Shown in pieces: positions 24,390 through 37,000 of a stretch of DNA of 64,000 nucleotides. This DNA is from Geosiphon pyriformis uo1 (taxonomy: Eukaryota > Fungi > Glomeromycota): the NCBI GenBank assembly GCA_016748015.1, contig JAAOMT010000735.1, positions 320,291 through 384,290 on the forward strand, given 5' to 3'. The notes under the pieces are model-generated. The model made no database searches. It was not told the origin of the DNA and saw nothing but the letters and a program-made list of their open reading frames with translations. Numbering within the stretch: the stretch's first letter is position 1; the number at the start of each line of letters is the position of its first letter. A program made the translations under genes and the position numbers.

Positions 24390-26251
24390 TGGAAGGGGGA
24401 TTGGAAGTTCGCACCATCAGCCAAAGCCAGACTATCGAAACGAGCGGACAAGATCAACACAGATTTGGAGAGGCCCTCCAACATATTTTCCAATTTCACA
24501 ACATGGGGGGACATAGATGAGCCCACAATCATGGCAGATTCATGGCCATCAGCCATACTTAAGTCCATATCCAATGTCACACTACTTTCCGAGTTCTGTG
24601 GTGGGGTGACCACTGGCAGCCGGCATCCGTGACCAGGCTGGGGAACCACTGGCACAAGCAAATCTAACCTCTTGGCCAACCCATCAATTTGTTTTGCGAG
24701 ACTGACAAGACTATCTTCGATACTGACCAGTCTTTTTTCCAGATCTTTTGCAACAGGAGAGGTAAGTTTACTATCGACGATGGAACTAAAACTTGTCTTA
24801 CCACTAGAGAGAGAGGGAGCAGAGAGAGCACTAACCACTGATGCCCAAGTTTTACCACCAAAAGCCAAAGAATGAAAGATAGGCACAGATCTCTTTGCAT
24901 AAATTTTCGCCAATCTGGATTGGTCTTGAACCGAAAGGGGAGCCCTTCTGCCTCCTGCAATTTCAGCACCCTTGACTGTTCTACAACCAAGAGAAGTATG
25001 ACCAAATTTCTCACAAACCACACATGAAGCTAAAGAAAGACGGGACCAATGGAGACCAAAGCTCTTTATAACTGGAGTCGTTGCCATTGCATTAACTAAT
25101 TCCACTTCCGAGCCAAAACACACAGTGGCACAGCGGGCGTGAGAATAACTGACGGGATTGCGATCGATGAAGCAGGTTTTCCCACCAATAGAACCAATAA
25201 AATCCCACAAATCATGAGCAGTGGTTCCCATGGGAAGAGTATATAGCAAAGCCCTAAAATTATCTCTGACATCTCACGATTGTTTGTCGATATCAGCCCT
25301 GGCCACCCGAATCGCATCCTTCCCAATAAGGATAGACCACTTAGAGGCCAGAAAATCAGCCTGGTCTTGATCTTCCAATTCAATGATCGCCTTTTGCCAT
25401 AAACCCACCAGCTGTATTTTGATTGACTTAATGATGCCAAATTCGGCTACAGCCGCATGCACAGCCTCCAAAGAAGTTCCCACAGGAATTTTTTTTAGCA
25501 CAATAGCCCGATTTGTATGATTGTTGACAGGGCGCTTGAGATCGGTGTTTACCACAACACCACGGTCATTAGCCAGATTAGTTGCAGTCATCATTGCCTC
25601 TTCAGAAGTGAAAGTGGCCCGAATGATCTCACCAAATTTTGAGGGGGTAGAGGCCCCCCCAAAACCATTTACACCTAAAAAGATTTTTCTGACAAAATTG
25701 ACTTTTTCCTAAGAGGATTTACCCACCACCACCACCAGATCAATATCCAAAGTGAAGGACTTGCGAACAGGCACCTGAATGGATGGCTTGACTGAAAAAG
25801 GAGGCGGTAGAAGAAGAGACTCATCCAACACATCACCATCCGCATCGACAGCATCATAATCAATCACACCCAATGGCTTCCTTAATACTTTTTTGGTCTT
25901 CACACACAAACCTCTAGGCATTTGATCAGGATTCCCTTCTGCGAAAGGACCATCATCATTATAGTCCACACTGGTTTTTTTCACCAAGCATTCTTCCTTC
26001 ATGTCAATACTCTCAGATTCCGTAGTGTTATCAGTCTCCGAACCCCATGAACAAACACCAGGAACTTCAGCAGCAATCTTTCCGTTATCAACACCCTCTG
26101 CCAACACACCTCCCTTCCTCTTTTTCCTTGATGCAACCACTTTAAAACCACTCTCAGAACCAGAAACTTTAGCAGTTTTTTTCATAACAGCAATAACAGA
26201 GCCAACAGTGGCCTCGTAATTGAAAAACAGTTTTGATTTATCGTACTGAAT
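24386..26251 (-). pseudogene. LINE C ORF1
   Basis: Three same-frame fragments split by CAG>TAG (25709) and TGG>TGA (25274). CVVCEKFGHTSLGC knuckle; C-terminal heptad repeats (LEKRLVSIEDSLVSLAKQIDGLAKRLD). Confidence 0.92.
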
Positions 26252-26968
26252 GGTAAAAACTTCTTTCAAAAAAACTTTTGACTTCTTTTTGGGAATTTTG
26301 GACGAAGGAGAGAAAGAAGTTTTTTTTTATTTAAATTTTATTATAATTCTAATTAATCTATTTGGTAATATTACAATAAATATTATTAATTCATTTTTTT
26401 TGAAGAAATTAATTCATAAATATATAATATCTTTATAATAAATAAGTTTTTTTAATATTAAAAGTAATATAAAAAAACTAAATTGTTTTTAAGTAATTTT
26501 ATCTTTAATAGTTATAATTTAAATAATTGTATTAATAAGCTAAATAAATTGAATTTATTTCTAATTTATTTTAGTTAGTTTAAATAATTAGTTATATATA
26601 AAAAGTGCATAAATTATAGCTATTTAAAGTTTTTGTATTTTAGCTTATAGTTAATAATTAAATTATAATTTGTTAAAGCAGTAAAAAAAAATACATTAAA
26701 AAAAATAGCTTAAGAAAAAACTAAAAAAAGTAAAAGATATTTTTTTAGTAACTTTTAGTTAAATAATTAATAAGAGAAAAAGTTTTTTTATTTTTTTAAA
26801 AATTTAATATAATAATTTATAAATTAATAATTTTTGTTTTAAAATTTAGATTATGTTCTTATTTTATGCATAAATATTTATATAATAATAAGTTATTTTA
26901 CAATTTTATTATATATTTAATAAAAATATTGTTGAATTGTTCAAAGGCATAAAATTACATTTACATAT

Positions 26969-27013
26969 CGGGTGGCTGGTCACGTGCGGAAAAAATGCGT
27001 GACCTGTGTCTAA
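26969..27013 (+). repeat. Isolated fragment of the LINE 3'-UTR motif, upstream of the SDR gene
   Basis: CGGGTGGCTGGTCACGTG matches the LINE C 3'UTR CGAGTGGCTGGTCACGTG at 17/18 positions and is followed by the same hairpin arm (GGTCACG...CGTGACC). Confidence 0.7.
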
Positions 27014-27215
27014 ATTTTAAACTTAACAAAAAATTGTTTTTTTAGTTATTATTTATAAATATTTAAAAAAGTGAGTTTTCTGTATTCAAGGGTGATGTCA
27101 AAAAAAACTTAAGTCCGATTCCTCAGTAAAGATGATTTTAGATAACCAATTCAGCTGATCAGTTTCTTTTCTAAACCCCAAATTGTCCTCCCTTTCCATT
27201 TCTCAAAGAGAAACC

Positions 27216-28634
27216 ATGGATATAAAATCGCTCTTTAGCGTGCAAGATAAAATTGTGTTGGTTACTGGGGGGTCGCGTGGGTACGTAATGGTTTTCACTA
27301 TGTTCCAGCATTGAGTGCTAAAACTTTAATTTCAACGATACACTTGTACCTGAAATCAAAAACTTTCGGTTTTCAACTACATACTCCTTTATATTCATTA
27401 TCTTTATCACTGTTATAAACTTGTAACAGCATCGGATTAATGATTGCAAAAGGATTCGTAGTGAATGGTGCTAAAGTTTATATATCGTCTCGGTCTGCTA
27501 AAGTGTGTGATCAAGCCGCTGAGAATTTAACTAAAGAAGGTATGAACTCATAATACTATCTATATACAAAAACACATATAGGCTCCGATATAAGATCTCA
27601 GATAATCAATATTATTGTCTTCTTTAATTGTATAGTAGAATGTTTTAATCACTCGGTGGGCCAATATTTGTATAGTTTGTTCATATAAGGATGGATTAAT
27701 AATTAATCCTTTCATTGTCTTCTACAGGCCCCGGAAAGGCAATTAGTATTCCCGCTGATTTACAAAAACTGACAGAGGTGAAACGGCTCGTCGCCGAAAT
27801 CGAAAAACGCGAAGGACGTGAGTGTTCGAATTTTAATCTGCATTTATATTATTTCTCATATAATCTCTAATATTCTGACCGATTTCAGAATTACATATAT
27901 TGATTAATAATGCCGGAGCAAGTTGGGGGGCAACATTTGCAGAATATCCTGATGAAGCATTTGAGGTATGAAACACTTTCAAGGGTGTCTAGTATCGCCA
28001 AAAAATACTTGAGCTGATAACACGTTCTGTTAATTATAGAAAGTTTTAAACTTGAATTTAAAACGTGTATTCAGTTTGACACAGGCGTGAGTCGGACTCT
28101 TTATTAGCTAGATTGTTTTCACAAAATCCGATTTTACCTTCCTAAATCAACGTTCCCTGATAGGATTTTTCCATTACTTGAAAAAACTGCAACACAAGAA
28201 GATCCAGCGCGCGTAATTAATATTGGATCAATTGCTGGTACACATTCTTGTATCTTTGACTATACTTTCCAAATACTGATGAATGTTCTTTTCATTCATA
28301 AGGTATAGGCTCCCCATATTTAGAAACTTACGCATATTCTGCCTCGAAAGCTGGTCTTCATCACTTGACGCATGTATTGGCAGGAAAGTTGGGACATCGG
28401 TTCGTTACTTTTAATGTGATCGCTCCTGGACCTTTTGAAACAAAAATGATGGCACAGACATTGAAAAGTCTAGGCGATAGTATCATAAAAGGTATTCCAT
28501 TGAACAGGATTGGCACACCAAAGGACATAGCTGGAACATGTATTTATTTGGCATCACGAGCTGGCGCGTTTGTTAATGGGGCTTTAATCACGCTTGATGG
28601 TGGGAGCGTCGCACAAGCGTCTGCAAAACTTTGA
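27216..28634 (+). CDS. Classical short-chain dehydrogenase/reductase (RhlG/FabG-like), multi-exon
   Basis: Spliced through GT-AG introns: MDIKSLFSVQDKIVLVTGGSRGIG (TGxxxGIG), LINNAG, VINIGSIAG, YSASK (YxxxK), NVIAPG, DGG; stop TGA at 28634. Confidence 0.92.
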
Positions 28635-28796
28635 CAGGTAAAAAGCTGCTCTTTCCATTAAATTCTGCTAATTAAGTTGTAGCCTTGATTTAAATTACTT
28701 TAGTACGAAAACATTCTTTTCATTGTTCTAGATCACCAATCTCAAAATATTGAATTTGTTGGAAAGTGAATTTGCCCCTTCATAGCCATTATTATT

Positions 28797-30562
28797 TTAG
28801 AGTGTCAATCTTTTCAGTGGTAGTACAAGCTTTTCATTTCTCTTGTAAAAGTCAACTAATGCATTAGCTGTTCTATCAGGGGCATCCTCTTGTAGCATGT
28901 GACCTACATCGGGCAACACAATCAATTGATACTTTCCTAGTGAGATAATCAGTCAATTTTTTCTTGTTAAGTTCGTGGAAACAAGAAAATAAACTCGTAA
29001 AATAAGAAATTCAAACCTTGCATTTGGGCAATGGTCAAAGGCTTATCTAATCGATCTGGGCCTTAATTCAGGTCAAAATTCTCAGCTAAGTTTAAATAAA
29101 AATCATCTGAGGTAATTAAATAAAATAATACCTGCAAGTATCAGTAGCTTTGCAGCTTTTGATGCCAAAAACTTTTCTGACATTCCAATAAACCATCCTG
29201 CAAAAACAATTAATTTCAACTTTGGTGAATAAACAGATAACATTTTAACTCAGATTTACCTTCCCAATATTTCTGCGTGGCGGCTAAATTCGTCCTCCAT
29301 ACCAATTTAGACATGCCGGTATTTGGATCACTTTCTTCTGTGAATAAGGAGGGAATAGATACTCGCGATGAAGCTAAATTATGAATTGTACCTGATTTTA
29401 CACTAATCAAAGGTTAAAACAAATTTGAGTTGAAAGCGAGCTGTTTGGTGGGTGGGTCTTCTAAAACATCTACCTCCACTCTATAGCATGCTCAATAGAC
29501 TTGAACTCGGTCGGCCTAGTTCTCAAGAAACTCGACATTCCTGATAATGCCTCCATTGCCGAACCTACAAAAAACAATTATACTATTTCCGAAACGCCAA
29601 TTTAAAGTAATTTCAATCTAAAGCGAATATAACATAAAGTCAATGGCAAACCTTCAACAACATCCAAAACCGCCACACAAACCACTGAAGGTATTGAATG
29701 ATTTGACGCTGCATGAGCAACAACACATCCACCCATGCTAGAGAATTAATAAAGATAAGAAATTGGCAATATAAAGTTAACATTTAAAAATATAGATTGT
29801 ATTTAAAACCTATGTCCAATTAAGAAAATATCCCGTTTTTTCACCTCTCCTTCACCACCAAATACAAAGTTTACAACATCGGCCAAATCCTGAGAAAGCC
29901 TTTCTAATGAGAGATTGGTATCATCGGAGGTACGTGTTGCCCCTATTTGATCCACGATGGGATATCAAGTAAAACTGGGTATTTCATGAAAACCTCAAAT
30001 AATGCAATATCTACAAACCATGCCCACGACAATCATATGCCAATATTGACACGCTACCCTCCATGGCTCGTCGGATATGAGAAACACAGAGGGCAAACGA
30101 TAGACTAGAATATCCTGCTCCATGATGAAAGACAAATATTGGAGCATTTTTCTCAGTTGTTGCAGGAGCTTCGTATACTCTAAAAATGTAAAACACGTCA
30201 TAAGTAATCAAAGGTTATGGTAATAAATGATCAAACCAAAAAAAATCCAATTTAAAAAAATCAAAGGATATATCTTCCGTTCCCGGAAGTTTGAGGTCTC
30301 TGAAGCTTTCATAACAATTATTCCATGGTACGGGAGAAAAGTTGAGCTTCCCCCGAGGTCTGAAAACACTACATAAAGTAATTATGTGACAAATCATGTC
30401 TAAAAATAAACAACTGCTAAAATTTTCTTTCGCCTACGCTGGACCCAAGTTCCCAAAAGTATCTCCCTCTTCCTCTATTACTTCCTCTTCTTGATTCGGT
30501 AAAGAGGGCAACGAAGAGTGGCCAGTTTTGTGTTTGAATAAGTCTTTTTGTAAGAAAGACAT
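28797..30562 (-). CDS. PPE1: Protein phosphatase 2A methylesterase 1 (PME-1), multi-exon
   Basis: FRVY...FHHGAGYSSLSF, DCRGHG, GHSMGG nucleophile elbow, LDVVEGSAMEAL, RPTEFKSIEHAIEW, WRTNL..T..YWEGWF.GMSEKFL, KLLILAG.DRLDKPLTIAQMQGKYQL, GHMLQEDAPD. Confidence 0.95.
30188..30271 (-). other. U12-type (minor spliceosome) AT-AC intron in PPE1
   Basis: Minus-strand 5' end ATATCCTTTG and 3' end GTGTTTTAC. Removal joins ...GTED|IFRVYEAP in frame; retention introduces a TAA stop. Confidence 0.85.
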
Positions 30563-31083
30563 GGTATCAAGTAATTGGTCAAAACAGTTTTATGGTATCT
30601 GTTATTATTATTATTATTATTTAATTACTTTTTTGAAAATATTTAAATTAAACCAATTCTTAATTTGGTTTAAATGCATTTTTTCTAATTATTTTTTAAC
30701 TGTAATAATATATTTATTAAATTAATATTTGGCTATTTTTTTATTGCTTTAACAAAATGTAAACTTATTATTGTTTATTTTAATTATAAAACATTATTAT
30801 ATATAAATTATATATTACTTATTTAATGAACCAAAAAAACCAAATAGGTTAAAAATAAAACTATTTTTAATTTAGATTTCTTATTTATAACATATAATTT
30901 TTTATTTATTTATTTTAAATATATACATTATTAATAATTAAAAAAAAATTACAAATTACAAATTATAATTTCGATAATATTAAATAAATTTAACATTATA
31001 TTTTTATTTTAAATGTTTAAAAAATAATATTTATTAATTAAATATTTAAAATTTTATTTTATTATGATAAAAGTGAATAAATA

Positions 31084-34000
31084 AAAAACTTTTTTCTCTT
31101 TTTCATCCCAAATTCCTAAAAAAGAGTCAAAAGTTTTAGTAAAAGAAGTTTTTAGCCATTCAGTATGACAAATTTAAACCATTTTTTGATTTTGAAACCA
31201 CCATTGGCCCTACTATTGCTGTTATGAAGAAGGTTGCAAAAGATTCTGGTGCTGGTGGTGGTTTTGGACCTGTCCTATCAAGAAAGAAAAGAAAGGGTGG
31301 TGTTTTGGCTGAAAGTGTTTTGGTAAGAAGGGGTGTTATTAAAACAACTAAAAATCACTCACAAAATTTTGAGACTGGTAACACTATCAAGTTTGAGAGT
31401 GTTGACATGGAGGAAGAGTGTCTTATTGAGGAGACTAGTATCGATTATGGTGAAAGGAATGTATTTGATGGTGGAGACTCCAACTAAACACTAAAGAGCT
31501 CAAGTATCAAAATTAAGACCAAGAAAGTATTGGGCAAACCACTGGGCAAAATCAACTTTGAGGATGGCTTTGATAATGGTGATTTTCTGGATGAGTCTGC
31601 CCTCTTTCCACCTCCTCTTCTGCTTAAACCTTCAGTTCATGTTTCTGTTCGCAAATTCTTTACTTTGGATATTGATTTGGTGGCTGTTGCTGAGAAATCC
31701 TCTCAGAAAAAATTGAATTTTATCAAGAAAATTTTTTCAGGTGTAAATAGTTTTGGAGAGGCCTCTACCCTCTCAAAATTTGGTAAAATAATTCATGTGA
31801 CTTTTACTTCTGAAATGGCGATGATGGTTGCGGGAAAATTGGCTTATGATTGTGATGTTATGGTAAACACCAATCTTAAGCATCCAGTAAACAATTGTAC
31901 AAATCGGAATATTGTGATTAAGGAGATTCCTGTTGGTACATCAATTGAGACAGTGCGTGCAGCTGTTTCCGAATTTGGGGTTGTTGTGTCAATCAAAATG
32001 CAGTTGGTAGGGCTGTAGCAAAAAGCAATTATCACTTTGGAAGATTCTGATCAGGCTGATTTGTTGGCATCTAAGTGGTCTATCCTTATCAGGAAAGATG
32101 CGGTCCGGGTGGTCAGAGCTGATGTGGATAAACAGACATGGAATTCCAGAGATGAGTTTAAGGCATTGCTTTACACTTTTTCTGTAGGAACTAATACACA
32201 TGATCTTTGGGATTTTATTGGTTTAGTGGGTGGAAAAACATGTGTCATTGAGCACAATTCAGTTAACTACACTTGGGCATACTGCACCACAGTGTGTTTT
32301 GAGTCTGAGAACAATCTAAATTGGGCTCTGGCCAACACTCTGGTGATAAATGATGTTAGATTCCATTGGTTGTGTCTGTTTGCTGTCTTGTGTTCCTCTT
32401 GCAATTTTCTTGGTCATACATCTAGGAATTGTAAATTAGCTGGTGTGTCTTCGAGTCTGAAGGGCAAAAAGGCTCCTCTTTCAGCTCAGAATCAGTTTAG
32501 ATTGGCAAAAATTTATGAAAAGAAGTCTGCTCCTGTTTTTCATCCTTTGGCTTTTGATGGGAAGACTTGAACATCAGTGATTGGCTCTATTCCTTCAGGC
32601 ACTTCTCTTGGATACAACTCTCAGCTTGGTTCTATTAGAAATGGTAAACCTCTCCCTCCAGTGGTGAATGATTTGGAAAAACGTTTGGTTAGTATTAAAA
32701 GTAGTCTTGTTAGTCTCACGGAACAAATTGGTGAGTTGGCTAAGAGGTTGAAATCATTCATGCCAGCAGTTTCTCAGTCTAGCCCTGGATGTTAGCTGCC
32801 AGTAACCCCTCTATCACAGAATTAAGGGGAGGATATAGTAATGGGAGTGGATTTAGGTGATGCCACTAGTGACAAGACTGCTGCCGTTTCAGGTTCAACT
32901 GCCTCACCTAAGATTGTAAAATTAAAAAACATGTTGGAAAATCTCTCTGCTTCGGTCATAAGCCTATTAGTGTGCTTGGATGGTTTGGCTTTGGCAGATG
33001 GTGCTCCTTTTCTACCTCTTTCTTAATAAGTAGTCTGGTATGAAAAATTGCCATGTGTAATGTTTGTGGGTTGAACAATCCTGTGAAGCAAGATGATGTT
33101 ATTCGTTGGCACAAGGATATGAACAATTTGGTTTCTATTTTTACAGAGTTGAAACTTAAAGGGAAAGTTCATCCATGGTTGACCAACAAATTTAATGGTG
33201 TTTGGGTTTTTACTTCTGGTCTGGATTCTGGTTCTTTGGGTGCTGGTGTGTTGATTATTGTGAATTTTTTTTTAGCAAAACACATTTGCAAGGTCTCTGA
33301 GGTGCCTGGTCGGCTCCTATCTATCAAGTTGTTTTTCAAAAATAAACTTTCAGTGTCTATTTTGGGACTCTATGCTGGTGCTTCATCAGTGGTTTGGTTT
33401 TTCAGGCTGGTGAAATCAACTTTCTCATTGCTAAAACCATTAATAAGTCTTCTTTTGTCATTCTTGGCAGTAATTTTAATGAAAATAGTTCTCAAAAGTG
33501 TGCGAGTTTCAAAAAGTGTCTTGAGTTGGGGTTGGTTAACTCTTTGATTGGAAGCCTAGCCATTAAGATGCCCACTTGGGTGAATTCTAGGGATGTCATG
33601 AAAACTATTGATTACATGTTTGTTTCATCGAATCTGGTCAATTCTTTGGTACATCATGGTGTTTTGGATGTTAGTAAATATTTTGATACAGACCACCAGA
33701 CTGTGTTTATGTCTGTGGGCCTAGATGGTTTATTAGATACACACTTGTTTTCTCTTCGCAAGCAGGCAAATAAAAATTGTTGGAAATTTGATGTCAAAAA
33801 TGCCAGTGAGGCTAAATGGCTTGAGTTTAAAAATGCTATGGCTGCTAACACTACTATGTTTTCAGGTGCATTTGGTGTTGCTGTGAAGTTTTCTGATTTT
33901 GGTGCTATGTAGGACATCATTCATAAGATCATGGTTCTCTTAACTGATGGTGCTTTCAAGAAAAGATGGTTCAAAAATTTTGATATGGTTCGCAATAAAA

Positions 34001-37000
34001 TATTGTCTAGGTTTTATAAGCTGGAGCTGTTGGTTTCCAAGCTGGTGAAGGCTTTTTGTTTGAGTTCTAGTGTCAGTTTTGCTTTACTTTTGGGTACATG
34101 GGACAACCTTGACTTTGCTGGTGCTTCGACAGTAAGATCTATGTTTTTTTCTGGTGCTAAATTTGATGACATTTGTTCTGCTCTGGCCAAAGCAAGGAAG
34201 TTATACTGCTCTTCTAAATTGCTGGAGTCCAAGCACACTGAAGAATCTCACATTAGGCAGGCTATTACCAATAGGATAAAGAGTTTTAAACTGGATAAGG
34301 GTTGTACAATCAGAAGTGTATTGGAACGTCCCTTTCGCAAAGTGGTTTTGGACTATCTGGTCATGGACAATGAGTTAGTTCTTGAACCTGATTTGGTTAA
34401 GTCCAAGGTGGATGCTATCATAGAAAGATGGACCAGGAAGCATGTGGTGGTTGATGATATCTCTAATACTTGGTCTCATCAATACCAACCTTTGGACTAC
34501 ATCTTTAATAATGCTTTTTCTGAAGTGATGAGTGAGATTGATTTTGATGAGTTGCATCATGTGATAACCAATTTTCCAGATGAGAAAGCTGCTGGTCTCT
34601 CAGGCATCTCTAATGAGCTTTGGAAACATTGTGATAAGTCGGTTTTGGGTTTGCTTTTGGTTTTTTTGAATTTTTGTTTGTCTTGTAAGTTGGTGCCTGG
34701 TCCTTAGAAGGAAGCTTGGGTTTCAATAATTCCCAAATCTTATGAGTGTGAGGGTGTTCTCATGAATACTTGTCCTATTGCCTTGATCAAAACAGCTTAC
34801 AAAATTCTATTCAAGATTCTTTCAGATAAGATCTCACTGGCTTGCAGCTCATATGATGTTCTGTGTGGTAATAATTTTTCAGTTCTAAAGAATACAACAA
34901 CTCAGTCTCCTATTTTTGTGGTTGGCTTGGTAATTGAGGATGCTTTGGAAAAAAACTGGGAACTTTGGCTTGTTCTGCAGAACATGCAGAAGGTGTATGA
35001 TTTGGTTGGCTGAGAGCACCTTAAGAAGAGCTTGGTCAGGATCAAAATGTGTAATAAATTTGTTCACTTTTTTGGTAGTATTCATAGGAACCAAACCAAC
35101 TGTGTCATGACAGATTTTGGTTTAACAGATGATTACCAGGTGTTTGATGAGTTAGACCAAAGTGAAGTTTTTTTTCCTCTGCTGTGGTACATATTTTATG
35201 ATCCTCTTTTGTGTGAAGTCAAGTATCAAAAGAGTGTATGTAGTTACAGACTCAATTCTTATTTTGTTTCTGGGAGTAGTTGTACTGAGTCTTAGGCTGG
35301 GTTTTCTACTTTCCTTGCTGCTGGTGCCTTTGTTAATGATACTATTTAGGTTGGTAGCAGTCAGGCTGCTACTCAGCATATTCTTAACATTGCTAGTGAA
35401 TTTTTTTGAGTCAATGACATTTCAATTAATAATGACAAACCTGTGGTCATTCCAATCAACAACAGGGTCAGTGTTTCATCTCTTTTTATTAGTAGTTTGC
35501 TTATTTCTGTTGCCTATAAAGGGGAATCTCATCAGTATCTTGGTATTTTTTTGTTAACTGAGGGTCTTTCAAGGTCTAGCTTGGCTAAAGCACATTCAGA
35601 TGTTCATTTCTTTACTAATTTAGTTCTAAGAAAGGTGGTTTTGGATAAGCAGTTCTTGTATCTGGTGTTAGCAGTTCTCCATCTCATAATTAGCTACAGA
35701 ATACAGTTTGACAATATTTCTGTTGGTGTGTGTGATAAATGGAATGCTCTAATTTGCAAGGGCTTGAAGCTAAAAGCTGGTCTTCTGATGGATTTTTCCA
35801 GTGATATTATTCATCATCCCTCTTTTTATGGTTTAAAATCATTTTTACAGTGTCAATCTGAGAGTAAAATAGCTTTGCTTATTAGTTTTGTGAACTCTGG
35901 CAGGATCTTGGGACATCTGTTTAGTCACAGGTCACATGACTTACAAGTTCTGTGTTGGTGGCCCATTTACCCATTGATCTCTCTTGCTCATATTCATGTC
36001 AGTGTTTCTAATAATTTCTTGGCTGGTATGGTTCGCATTCTCCTTAATTGCAATTTGTCTTTGGGTGACTCTTTGGCCAGTGCTTTTCAGTTTTGCGACA
36101 GGGTTCCTATGTCTGTCATTTTTGGCGAATCTTTGTTTTTCAAGTTTTTACCTTCTTTCTGGCATTTTGGCATTGTCTTTGTGGATCAGCTTTGTAATCA
36201 TCATAGCATTGTTTTTAACTGGTGCACTTTCAAGTGATGGAAGAGGCTGGACCTTTGTGGCCTGGTTCCTGAATGGTTTGGACTTTCTGTTGCATTTCTT
36301 ACAGCTTCTCATTTGTCTTCCACAGCCTCAGTTGGTGCTGGTCCTCTTAACTTTTATGAGTCTGATGATTTTATGGCTGTCTGTGGTCGTCTTTCCCAAG
36401 TTAACGTCGATAGTTTGTCTGTATATATGGATGGTTCTTTAAAGAATTTAGGTACAGTTGATTGTAGAGCTGGGGCTGCTGTTTTTTTTGAAGACATTAA
36501 TTTGGGTTTGGGTGTTAGTGTTTAGGATTTAGTGTCATCTACTTTAGCAGAATTATAGACTATAGTATTGGCTTTAGAGTACGTGCCTGCAGCTTGTTCT
36601 ATTGATTTGTTTTCAGATAGTCAAGCAGCTTTAAATGCTTATAGGTTTGAGTTAAGTCTGGTGTGCTCTAACTTTTGCAATTGATGTTGGGTTAAGCGTC
36701 AGCATATTCAGAATGTTATCCACAGTAAAAATTTGAGAGTTAGTTGGCACAAAGTCAAGGGCTACTCCAGTGTTTCGGGAAATGACCACGCTGATAGCAT
36801 TGCTGATGCTGTATTTCTATCTAGTTGGTATCTTTCTCTTTGCATAGATGGACACTTTTTATTAGCAGATAGTGGTGTTGTTTTTGGTAATTCTAGACAC
36901 TTTGTTCGAGATGTTTATTATGCAGTTTGTCATGCATACTGGAAGGTCGGTTCTGGTTCTGGATTTCTGGCTAGTAATTTGTGTTCAGATGTTGACTGGC

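Larger units (their letters stand above)
19600..26326 (-). mobile_element. LINE copy C: full length, least decayed copy
   Basis: ORF1 and ORF2 have no frameshifts and only five nonsense codons; many CpGs retained; poly-T 19601-19609. Candidate 10-bp TSD TTATTTAAAT at 19590-19599 and 26327-26336. Confidence 0.97.

Noticed and set aside
19734-25276. TGA-as-Trp recoding (four of five stops in LINE C are TGA at Trp positions)
   Set aside because: Other copies have TAG at Trp positions (e.g. ATG TAG GAC in D) and stops at Gln/Arg codons, and host genes end in TGA. G>A mutation explains the pattern.
27216-28634. Recent bacterial horizontal transfer of an RhlG-like SDR
   Set aside because: The gene has several canonical spliceosomal introns and host-like composition; this SDR type is widespread in fungi.
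31061-31068. ATTATGAT as TSD of LINE D (also at 37833-37840)
   Set aside because: It lies about 15 bp away from the inferred 5' end and is a low-complexity word in AT-rich DNA.
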